DNA from: Catajapyx aquilonaris
Lineage: Eukaryota
Length of the DNA stretch: 20,000 bases
Assembly (NCBI GenBank): GCA_000934665.2
Contig: JYFJ02001411.1
Coordinates: forward strand, 60,972-80,971
Direction of reading: 5' to 3'
In this document: positions 10,512 through 20,000 of the stretch, one piece after another
Layout: every line of letters begins with the position of its first letter
Position numbering within the stretch: the stretch's first letter is position 1
Program-made: the position numbers and the translations under genes
Notes under the pieces: model-generated
Database searches by the model: none
What the model was told of the DNA's origin: nothing
What the model saw: only the letters and a program-made list of their open reading frames with translations

Positions 10512-13500
10512 ATGGACGGGGAGCTGTTTATTGTTAACCAGCAGGGAGAGATTACATTTCAAGGGATAGGTACGTCCAGGCCAAAACGTGTCACAAAATT
10601 GAACGGAGACAGGCGAATTTTGCCCACAACAGCTGAGGATGATGCAGTGAAATCTTAAAAAGACCATTAGTCAAGTTTGGTTTGTTCCCAAGTTGTGTCA
10701 CACTTGATGCAAACGTGTGGAGCACGGTAAATTTTCTTGCAATTGAGTCTGCTACATGGATGGTTTCACTGGACCAGTAAATATATCATGCGATAACATC
10801 TTTAACAACATTTATACAACAATTATGACCTTCGCAGATGGGCTCACTCCAAATGCATCGGACTGCAAACCCTTCGAGTTCAGCAAAGAGGTTAAGCGCC
10901 TCAAAGGATTGGACCCTCCTCCGCTTTGGGTATTCTGCACTTTGATTTTTGGCACAACATGATTTTTTGGGTTAACACACATGCTACAACAGAATCCAGC
11001 AATTACTTGTAACATCAATGAATCTGGATAACAGTCAAGAGTAAAAGTTTCTGGACATCTGGTTCAGCTAATCCTTCCGAGATGGATTTATTGAGCCAGT
11101 AATAAATTGGCAAATGCACGTGTGAGATATTTTGAATGTAGACAAATGCAACTCTTGATTAAACCTGAACTTGAGTCAGCTGATCACTCCATATGAAGGG
11201 GGTCTATTAATCCATACCAGTGGGATTACTAATCCAGGGGTCCATTTTTGGGAGGTACATCTATTCCTTTACGAGTTTATGATGTAGTGCAGGATAGAGG
11301 GTAGAGCAAGTGACATGATAGCATAATCACACAACAATGCAGCCTTTGGAGAAGAAATTGTACCACTATAAGAACATGTGGTGGCAAAACCAAGTAGATA
11401 GGGTTAAGGACAGCACATTCAGATTCCAGTGGGGCACCTCCTTGCAATCTATTTTAAATCCATATGCCTGTGCCAAATAAAGGTGCCCAACATTACTGCT
11501 TTGCATTGAATGTGAAAGAAGATGAAACATATGCACAGATATTAAGCCACAAAACAATGCAGATAATATTACTTGTGTCTTTTAAACAGGCATCTACCAA
11601 AAACTTACACCACCACATCAAAAGAAATGGACTCTACTGGGTGTATGCTACAAGAAAAAGTGACCATGACACATCAGCATTTGTCGTAACTGAACTTCTT
11701 GAGAGCTTCCATCGGCTGTGTGCCCAATTTTGCGGGGATGTTTCGGAAGATACCCTTCTCAAGAATCCTGTCCTACTGTTGGAAGTCTCGCTTGAAATTA
11801 TGGTAATCTATTCTCATGGCCACTCTTTAATTGCAAGGAAATATCTACAACCCTCATGGCCTGACTTATGAGCTGCGAGAGCACACATGGCAAACCAATC
11901 CACTTCCAACTTCATAATTCAGGCCAAGATGTTTGTTTTGTAGAATGTTGTGCATGATTTTATTTCCTTGCGCATTGTTTTGCAGAATGGAAACTTCATT
12001 CAGTTGACGTCTCCAGAAAGAGTGAAACTTCACCTCTACGCCACCCCAGTGGTCACGCGTGACCAGGGCTGCCCTCCAGAACAGTCTCCATTTGCAAACC
12101 CAAAGGTGGCTCCAAGCACTGCGGCCAACAAGAGTGTCTTACATCGGCCAGCAGCGGACGAGGAGGCCATCTTTGTGGATGTCATAGAGAAGGTGTCTGC
12201 TGTGGTGGGAGCAGATGGGGGTCGGGAGGAGTGCAAAGTGACTGGCATTGTGCGGGTGTCCTACCACATGAGGCACGCCAATGACGTGATGCTGATGCTG
12301 TCCAAAAACGTTGCTCTCCTAGAGCCTGGTAAAGTGATGGATCCAGGAATGATTTCAATATACAACTGGACTTTGCATGGAAATGCAACTCTGGCTGACA
12401 AGGGTCGCCTCCGTCTAGTTCCAACTTTAGGTCAATCCACAGTGCTCAAGTATTCTTTCCCTGACCCTCGCCTGCCAGTCACTCTCTCTCATGCAGTGCA
12501 CAAGAAGAGGTAATTGCACTAGATTATAAAAATGAAATTGGTCCGTACGTTACGTAGAGATCCCTTCAAATAGTATTACAACATTAAACAAAGTTTTTGT
12601 ATCATGATCACTGAGCATTCCCACTTCTTTGTGACATTTTCCATTTGTGATGAGTCATACCAGCACTCAAAAAACTTTCGACTTTGGAGGTTTTCGGAAT
12701 ATCAGATGAAAAATTCTCAACCTGTAGCGCACATTTAATTATATGACAATAAATCACTATCTTTTGTGATGCTGCATGGGCTCAACTTGGCCCCCTTTGC
12801 CCATACATTCATCTGGTGGCTGCAAAATATTGATCAAGTATTTTCTTTCTGTGCAGCAAAGATGCAGATGTAGAACTCACCATACGGCTGGACATCCCCT
12901 GGACACTGGTGGCTCCCTTCATAAGTGTCAGGATGTGTGTCCCACCATCCACTTCCGCCATGATGCAGAGCCTGGATGGTTCATGCCAGCAATCAGCTGA
13001 GTTGCTCAAGAAGGACAGCACAGTCACTTGGTCCCTCAAAGGAATGCATGGGAACACTTCCGCCACTGCTCGATTTAAGGTTGTCCCAACAGCAGGACTT
13101 TGTAAAAATATTGATCACTGAACATTCTGTAAGAATGTCATTAAAAACTATAATATACAAACTTAAAGAATAAAATGACTACCAGTTCAAGGTTATAATG
13201 GCAAGCATTGCATCTAGCCTGCACTAGTTTTATTTGCCTTTTACGTCAATTCAACTATTATGGACTCTGCACCAATCTTACCAAAAAGTGATCAGTATTC
13301 TCACAAAATCATGCATTTCTTTTTTTTTTTTTTTAAGTAATTGTCTCCAATGATCATAATGTATCTGTATGTCCATATTCATATTCACTGCTCACTGTTT
13401 CGAAAAACTACTTTGCAGCTTGTGGATGCCTCTGGCAATGTTGGACCTGCAACAATCCAGTTTGAAGTACCTATATCCACTTCTGGCCTGCAAGTTGACT

Positions 13501-13583
13501 CCATCCAGGGTGTGGCACAAGGGATGAAGAAATGGGTGCGACATGTGACATTGACTGATTCATACACATGTCGATTCACGTAA
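10512..13583 (+). CDS. AP4M1: AP-4 adaptor complex subunit mu (AP4M1-like), 424 aa. Exons 10512-10569, 10838-10929, 11590-11802, 11986-12509, 12857-13079, 13419-13583
   Basis: Exons total 1275 nt with consistent phases (1,0,0,2,0) and GT-AG sites. The longin-like N-terminus (LFIVNQQGEITF, HIKRNGLYWVYAT, FCGDVSEDTLLKNPVLLLE), the linker KVAPSTAANKSVL, the mu-homology start IFVDVIEKVS and the C-terminus FEVP..SGLQV...KWVRHVTLTDSY all resemble mu4. An in-frame upstream ATG at 10428 is an alternative start. Confidence 0.88.
12585..12726. mobile_element. TcMar/Tigger (pogo)-like DNA transposon end remnant in AP4M1 intron 4
   Basis: Ends ...TTTTCCATTTGTG..GTCAT..CAGCACTCAAAAAACTTTCGACTTTGGAG..TTCGGA....TTCTCAACCTG followed by TA. 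This resembles the recalled Tigger4/MER46 terminus (CAGGTTGAG TIR, TA target). No partner TIR was found. Confidence 0.6.
13229..13234 (-). terminator. Putative URB2 polyadenylation signal, inside AP4M1 intron 5
   Basis: First minus-strand AATAAA I found downstream of the URB2 stop (TTTATT on +), about 360 nt past the stop. Confidence 0.4.
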
Positions 13584-13587
13584 TAAA
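13582..13587 (+). terminator. Putative AP4M1 polyadenylation signal overlapping the stop codon
   Basis: ACG TAA TAAA contains AATAAA at 13582-13587. Confidence 0.5.
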
Positions 13588-13590
13588 TCT

Positions 13591-16500
13591 CTAAACACGG
13601 CCTTCATACTTGAAATATTTGACATAGTTGTCATATTCTGCCTTGAAGACCTCCCTGGTCGCAGCTGGTAATGAATTATCCAGCATGGTTATGCCATGCT
13701 CATCGCATATGTCCAGGAATGAGTGCATCATCCTTGCAACCCGCTCTTTAAGTTCAGGGTGCATTGTGTATGTCTCGAACTGCTTTGCAATTACTCCGAT
13801 GCTGTATGGTGCTGTTTTGCAAAATTCAGTGGGGTGCCGTCTGATCAAGGTGCACACCCTCTCTAGATGTGGTGGACACTCTAATATGGCATTCAGGTCA
13901 TCAGCTTGGCGTTGCTGGCAACTGCGTTGTGCCAGAGCAACAATGCACTGGTGTACTCCTTGCATGTACGCTGGAATGCGCTCGTGAACAAGGGTATCAC
14001 GGTGCAGCAACAAGTTGTTCCATAGCAAGCACAAATCTCGGAATGCATCATGAAATCCTAGGTCTGACATGTCGGCCAGAGGTATGGAAGCTGCTGTGTG
14101 CAGGGTCATGCAGACAACTTCTGGAAACAGGTGAAGCTTATGTACCCCGACTGCAGCAGCCTGCAGTTGAAGTAACGGTGAAATCACTTTGCGCAGGTAC
14201 TCTGCATCAGGTCGTGATTCAGACAATACCATTTGGGCCTGTGGTATTATCTTGTGAAGGGCAACTGACACGCACTTCACTCCATCTTCAGTGAGCAGGT
14301 TGGTGGTCAGTATTTGGGTCCAGAAAGAGGCATACTCAGACAGGTCAGGTGGAGTAGCCGGTGTTGCATAGGCTTGCTCCAACATCTCATAATAACGGGA
14401 TAATGTACGCATCAGGATGGGGGTATCACGGTACAAAACTTGATACACGTGAACTCCTTGAACGTTGGAATTGCAAAGCTTTGTCTTGAAGTCAGATGGG
14501 AGAGAGTCACTGAGAGATTCAAAGTTTCTGCAAATGCTTTCAAGGAACATACTTGCAACTGGCCCTGGATTGTCAAAAGCACGGTTGACAACCCCTGTTA
14601 ACATTGCCTTCCCATCCTCTTCCAGCAGCTCTTTGTCCATCAAAAATGCAAACCCCAACATCAGCTCTGTTCTCGCAGCCTCAGGGGTTGGCTCCGTGTT
14701 GACTTCAGCCATCTTCATGAACCCTTTCTGGAGGGATTTGAAGTGCCTTGCACACCTCTTGCGTCGTCGCACAGGAGTCTTTTTCCTGGTTGTTTCCTGT
14801 AAATGGTAAGGGGGGGTAGGTTAGCACTCTGAGGTGACAGTAAAATAGGTCCACCAATTAGACAACAATTCTTTACCCCATGCAAAGCCTTTGTCAGTAG
14901 GATGGTAACCTCTCCGTATGTGCCCTCACAGCCTCCAGCCTTCATCCACTGGCTCAGCTCCTTAACTGCTCCCTTGAGGCTGCACAAGAACCGCTGCGTC
15001 TTCACTCCCTGCTTCACCACCCTCTCCAGCATGAAATTTCTTGTTTCATTCTGCTGTCCATCATGTCTTGCCAGCCACAGAATGGAAGCTCCATCCAGGA
15101 AGTGGCACACTGGAGGCTCCCTACCATCCATTACTCCAGCCAGGATAGACTCCAACTTCCCAAATACTTCTATATCCAACTCTGCAATATCTCTCTTAAT
15201 TGAGAGCACACTCAAGAATGTGAGTACCTTAAGTGGTGGGCTCAAGTGTGACAGAGGCAAGTTCAAGATCATGTCTAAGTATGGCTGTATAGAACTGCGG
15301 TTCAGTCCAGAAAGCTCTTCTGCATCTGAATTTGCCACTGATGCAACATCCATCAGCCAGCTCCAGGAGGCATCATGATAGAAATCGTCCATGACACGAC
15401 CTGCTTCCATGACCTTGATTCCATCTAGAGCCTCCACCACCATTTTGGACAAATGTGGCTTGCCTTGCTTTCGCCCCAATTTGGCCACACTGCCCTGCAA
15501 AGCATGAAACAGCATCCCAGACAAGAGGTCACGATCTTCCTTAAATTCTGGGTTATTCCTAATTAGGTTGGTCCATTCTGGGCAGCCATGGACGAATTGG
15601 CGAGTAGCATGGCGGCATATCTGCAGAATCTGGGGTGAGCTCAGGTGGTGTGATAAGAAGGTCAAGTCACGGCAGAGGACCAGACTACACACCTCCAGGT
15701 TGTTCAGGAGGAAGTTCATTGGTGGGTGGCTCACAGGAGAACCAAACAAGTGCATTGCTTTTAATGTCTGAACAGTGAGTTTCGACTGAAAAAAACAACA
15801 ACATGCAAATAATTTTTATAGCATTGAAATTAAAATCATATGAAAAGGCTCAGGAAAAAAATGACCTTTCCTGATATCAGAATATTTACCAGGCACATGT
15901 GACCCAGCTATCACTCGAAGTATTTTATTAAACTCATTTAAGTAGTCCGCAGACATCAGTGGGTCTGCGGATCACAGGTTTAAGACCAATTTGCAACAAG
16001 AGATCAACAAGCTTAAATACTCTTTCCTTGTTAATCAAAATTTGTCTTGAGTGTTTCCAGCCTGCTGATACAGTTTTTTAAAAAAAATCCTGTTTGTGAA
16101 CAAGCCAGATCATAGTATCATAATGTTTTTCTTGCAATTTTTTTGTGCTTTTCTCAATTTTCCGAACTGCTACAATTTACTATGATAATATCATCATCAT
16201 CATCAACATCACGACATTTCCCTATGAGGGGTAGTCAGCGATGATAATATTACAAGTAAATATCAACTCAGGTAATATATCGGTGTGTCTGCTAGTCTGC
16301 ACGGCACATATGGCTTAGGAACTGCCCATAAGAGCGTGATTGTACTTCATCATTGCTTTTCGTCAATTTTAAGTCATCTATTTTATTTGCAAAGCTAATA
16401 TTAGGAAAATAATTTAGATCGATGTTGCATGAAATCTCCTGTGGTTAAAAAGAACATTCTTGACACTCACCCACAATTGCAAGCATGGGGCCTCTCCAAA

Positions 16501-17707
16501 GTTGCCAACCCTGTTGCCAAGCAGTGTCCACTCCTCTGCATTCATGTAAGGATGAATGGGATGAAATGAAAATGTTCCAGGGGCATTTCCAATCCCTTGA
16601 AGTCCAGAGTATGTGTGGCTGAGTCTCTTCAGGAGGATGTGGAGCTCACCCCAGCAGAAGGCTAGGTGCAGGAAATTCTTCGTAACCAGCACATCCTATT
16701 GAGCAATGAAAATTATTAACATAATAAGATCAGAGTCTGGCATTGCAATTACTGTGTGACACAGCTCTAAAGTGCGGAAAACTAAACAACGATCTGACGT
16801 CATCATGGTTTCCATGGAAATACCCTCACATAACAATATGAGTAAACAGTGTCAACAAAAAGAAACGATGTAAGAAACGATGACGTCAGATCGTAATTTG
16901 GTTTTCCACCCTATACATCGGTCTTGACTCTCAAATTATGAGTTAACGTACATGCTCCCTGGTCAAGAGAACCTTCCCCATCTTGCTAAGTGCTTCCACT
17001 CCCAACTTCCGCATGTAATCTGACACGCTGGTGGCAATGGCCAGGGGGACAGAGGCATCAACCACCTTGGCGTTCATGAGTAGCAGGCCAAATATAGTGA
17101 CGTTGGCCTCCAGAAATGATACGGTCTCTGGACCATAGTCTCCATCCATGACACGCTGGACTGATTCCTCAGCCAGGTTGTGGTGCAGACAACGCCACGT
17201 CTCCAGGACCTGACCAGATGGCAGGAGGGTAACAATTTGACTCATTTTGACCTCCACCTTCTCCGGCATGCTCCACAGGACTGCTTCCCCAGGAGCACCA
17301 GAAAACAAGCATGTCCTGAGGTGTATAAGCAAGTGGGCCACCAGCTTGGGAAACCTCTGCAGCCGGAACATCAGCTCTGTTATGACTACGACTAGATCTG
17401 CGGTGGCCTCCTTCAGCTCCGCATCCGCCTCTGGCCCAACCATCACAGCACCAAATATGGCTGGCAGATGGGGCTCCACCAGTGTCGGGTGGAGCTGGAC
17501 AAACTGGGCGAGAGCAGAGCAGTACGTCGGGGTGGACTGTGTGGAGTCGAGGAGCTTCTGGAGCACGGTTTCCGCCCTGTGCACCACATCCTCCGCGGTG
17601 AGTTGGTCGAAGCCATCCGGACACACTTCTTTCAGGATCTGGACCAGTACGGCAGCGGTGTCCTCCTCCTCTTCGGCCACCACGTCGGCCGGCAGCTGCG
17701 GACTCAT
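13591..17707 (-). CDS. URB2: URB2/Npa2-like nucleolar ribosome-biogenesis protein, about 1031 aa. Exons 17707-16952, 16695-16471, 15785-14877, 14796-13591
   Basis: All junctions are phase 0 GT-AG (CAT|gtacgt, TGG|gtgagt, GGG|gtaaag), 3096 nt in total. The protein is helical and Leu-rich. The C-terminus ...FLDICDEHGITML...LPAATREVFKAEYDNYVKYFKYEGRV fits the Urb2/Npa2 C-terminal domain. The start codon is less certain. Confidence 0.85.
16768..16915. mobile_element. Approx. 148-bp MITE-like element in URB2 intron 1
   Basis: 37-bp imperfect terminal inverted repeats (31/37 pairs) include a perfect 16-bp core, ACGATCTGACGTCATC (16789-16804) and GATGACGTCAGATCGT (16879-16894). TA is present at both ends. 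Confidence 0.65.
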
Positions 17708-18191
17708 GCTCGGAACACCTCACCGGTCAAGTCTGATGTAAAGGGAGAGGCGCGAAGCAGCGAGGCAGAAGGACTCAAACCGAGCGACGAACCACGTGCG
17801 GCCGGATTTCTTTGACGGACACTGGACTGCGCCATCTTTCAGGGTTGCCAGGAGCAGTGCCGGCGAGCAGTGGGGTATAGGGGGGGAAATGGATTTACCC
17901 CTCTACGTACACGCGATTTGCTAATAATTTATGATAAAATTGCAAAATATATGTTTATACAATAAAAATTTACGCTTATTCGCATGAAGCTCCTTGAGTG
18001 CGTCTGCTAACCTTGGCGCGGCAATCCAAAGGTGTGGTGTGGTGCCATCATTAGCTCTTGGTGCCATTAATTACCTTATGGCGTGCAAAGTAATAAAAAT
18101 GCATTTGGTTGAAATTATTATTGTTTTTATGTCACCAATACCCTCCCTCAGGCCATACATTCAGCATTCCCTTTTCTTCAACCGTTGCAGT

Positions 18192-19722
18192 TTATTGCTG
18201 CTGACTAGCATTGATCCTGGAACGGATCATCTGAGCCTTGATCTTGGCAAGACATCCTGAAACCATCCCCCACATGAGACCCAAAAACAACAGTACTACA
18301 ATACCCATGAAGCTGTAGACGTCAATTGTGAAAAGGCTCCATCCTGCAAATATAGTGAACAATGCAATGTTTGTGCCACTTGCAGAGGAAGAAGAATCAT
18401 GTCTACAATACCTTTAGTAACTTTAGCATATGCAAAGGCCTCCATAGGGCCCAGAGGAGTATTGCAGGAGCAAATGTAGAATCCTTCATCCAGTGCAGTG
18501 GTATTGGCCACTCGCAGAATTGACTTCCCTTCATCATGTTCAATTGACACACGTGGGTCAGTAGCGCAGTTAACAACAGAGTCTCCGAAGTGGGAACCAC
18601 GCTGCCACTCAATGGTGGATGATGGAATTCCACCTACTTCACAGCTTATCTCCAGAGTATCGCCACAGATGAACTTCACAATCCCATCTAGATTTACATC
18701 CACAATATTGACCCAGGCCTTGTCTGAAAAATTTCACTTACATGCAGACAGATAGTCATTTCCCACAATCAGAGTAGACCAAGTTTATACTGACTGGTAT
18801 TTTCGATGGTTTGCACCTTGGACCGTTTGATGAAAGGGAAGATGTGTGCATGATTGGCCCTATTCTCAGACTGCAAGTTCTGGATGAACATGGAATTTTT
18901 CTGGTTGAAGGTGGCTCCCAAGCGACGATATCCTTCAGCTAATGTGTCACTTCTGACCCTTTTTTTGAACAAGGCAAAATAATGTACAGTATGTTCCAAG
19001 TATTGGGGTATATTTATCACAAATTTCTTCAAAAGTTGTTATTTTCGTGTATTTTATTGTACCCTGATTGAGGTGCCCAATTATGTGGCTACTGCTATCA
19101 AGCTGCTATAATTATATTCAACCATGTAATGTTTCCAAAATCGATATGCATTGACAACATACCATATGATCTTGTAGGCATCTGTGGTTCCTGAAACCTT
19201 GCAATTCAGAGTCAGGCTCTCCTTTTGCACTGCCACCTGAGTTGTGTTCCATTTCTCTGATTTACTAGCTGCAGACTTCTCCTGCAATCCATCTTCTGTA
19301 TTGGACAGGGTGAAAAATGACCAGATAATTCATCCCTTAACTTTAGGTACAATATTACAATAGAAAATCACCTGAAACCAACACGGTGGCACTCATGGAG
19401 ATTGAGCGCATGACTGCTGAGCAGGTGTAGTAACCAAGGTCAGACTTTTGGGCATTGTCCACATGGAGGATGGAGCGTTCATTTTGAAGTTCAAGCCATG
19501 TATGAGGTTGCCACACTTTTAGAACCTCAGAGCCTATTTCACAAAATAATCATTATTAAGAGTCTCTCTCTCGTCTCTCTCCCTCTCTCTGCCCACCTTT
19601 TATCCACTTGATCAAACGGGGATCAAATCCAAAGGCTCTGCAGGACAGATGAAAATCCTTGCCCTCTCCAAAGGTGTAGGTGTCTTTCCACACAGGAGCT
19701 TCTATGCCAATCCAAGGCTTCC
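18192..19722 (-). CDS. Ig-superfamily single-pass membrane protein, 3' part (at least 3 Ig-like domains, TM, short basic tail); the 5' end probably lies beyond the right edge. Exons 19722-19597, 19533-19372, 19295-19163, 18958-18795, 18723-18412, 18343-18192
   Basis: Phase-consistent GT-AG joins give LSCRAFG..IKWIK...DLGYYTC, LNCKVSG..IIW, and ISCEVGGIPSSTIEW...DEGFYIC (I-set motifs). These are followed by the hydrophobic VYSFMGIVVLLFLGLMWGMVSGCLA and KIKAQMIRSRINASQQQ*. AATAAA overlaps the stop (18191-18196). Confidence 0.85.
19562..19590. repeat. Imperfect (CT)n/(GA)n microsatellite in an Ig-gene intron
   Basis: gtctctctctcgtctctctccctctctct. Confidence 0.7.
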
Positions 19723-19827
19723 CTTAAAAAATCAGTACCGTATTTAATTTCTGATAAGCCTATATATATCATTATTCATAATAACTAGCTTTGTGAGTGA
19801 CTTCTACATTGCCAGCACTGTTTATTT

Positions 19828-19885
19828 CAGTGGTATCCAATTGGGGGGTCGCGGGCAGGGTCGTGGGGAGTCGCGAGCCTTATTG
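19828..19885. mobile_element. Possible hAT-family non-autonomous element end
   Basis: CAGTGGTATCCAATTGGGGGGTCGCG resembles the common hAT/Charlie MITE terminus CAGTGGTTC(C/T)CAACC..GGGGTCGCG (recalled pattern). The partner end is not in the window. Confidence 0.4.
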
Positions 19886-20000
19886 GTTCACCTTTTTTTA
19901 TTTTGCAATTTTTGTGTCAATTGAACCATTTTTGCAGCCGTACAGAGTGTATGTTTTCTGGAAAGGGGGCAGTAGAAGGGGTTGGGGGAGGGAAGGAAGG

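Noticed and set aside
14715..14876. Apparent frameshift between ORFs 14715-15755 and 13591-14772
   Set aside because: Explained by an 80-nt GT-AG intron at 14797-14876.
15945..15990. GTCCGCAGAC...GTCTGCGGATCACAGGTTTAAGACC short hairpin resembling a hAT MITE end
   Set aside because: Too short and degenerate, with no partner end identified.
13628..17815. Several + strand ORFs (e.g. 13628-13987, 14902-15378, 17247-17741) and the alternative-frame ORF 17169-17723
   Set aside because: Antisense or off-frame shadows of URB2 exons.
1..20000. Prokaryotic systems (CRISPR arrays, operons, defence islands), tRNA/rRNA
   Set aside because: The sequence is spliced eukaryotic DNA; no repeat-spacer arrays or structural RNA genes were recognised.

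Overview
Eukaryotic, intron-rich invertebrate genomic DNA, most likely arthropod. The long ORFs in the track are mostly exon fragments or antisense shadows. Four spliced genes can be rebuilt by hand with canonical GT-AG junctions and consistent phases. (1) The 5' end of a ryanodine receptor (RyR) on the - strand: coding exons 9631-9684, 5804-5908 and 3077-3175, plus a 15-nt microexon at 817-831 (GKESL); the gene continues off the left edge. (2) A complete 6-exon AP-4 mu subunit gene (AP4M1-like, 424 aa) on the + strand at 10512-13583, head-to-head with RyR. (3) A 4-exon URB2/Npa2-like ribosome-biogenesis gene (about 1031 aa) on the - strand at 13591-17707, whose stop codon lies only 7 bp from the AP4M1 stop. 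(4) The 3' part of a type-I membrane Ig-superfamily gene on the - strand at 18192-19722, with at least 3 Ig domains, a TM helix and a short tail. Introns hold small inverted-repeat/MITE-like elements, a Tigger-like end and a 62-bp near-perfect palindrome. I see no convincing novel multi-gene system. The most interesting points are regulatory: the RyR microexon, the forced sense-antisense 3' overlap of AP4M1 and URB2, an AUGA-coupled uORF on URB2, and the RyR/AP4M1 divergent promoter. Family assignments rest on recalled sequences, not database searches.
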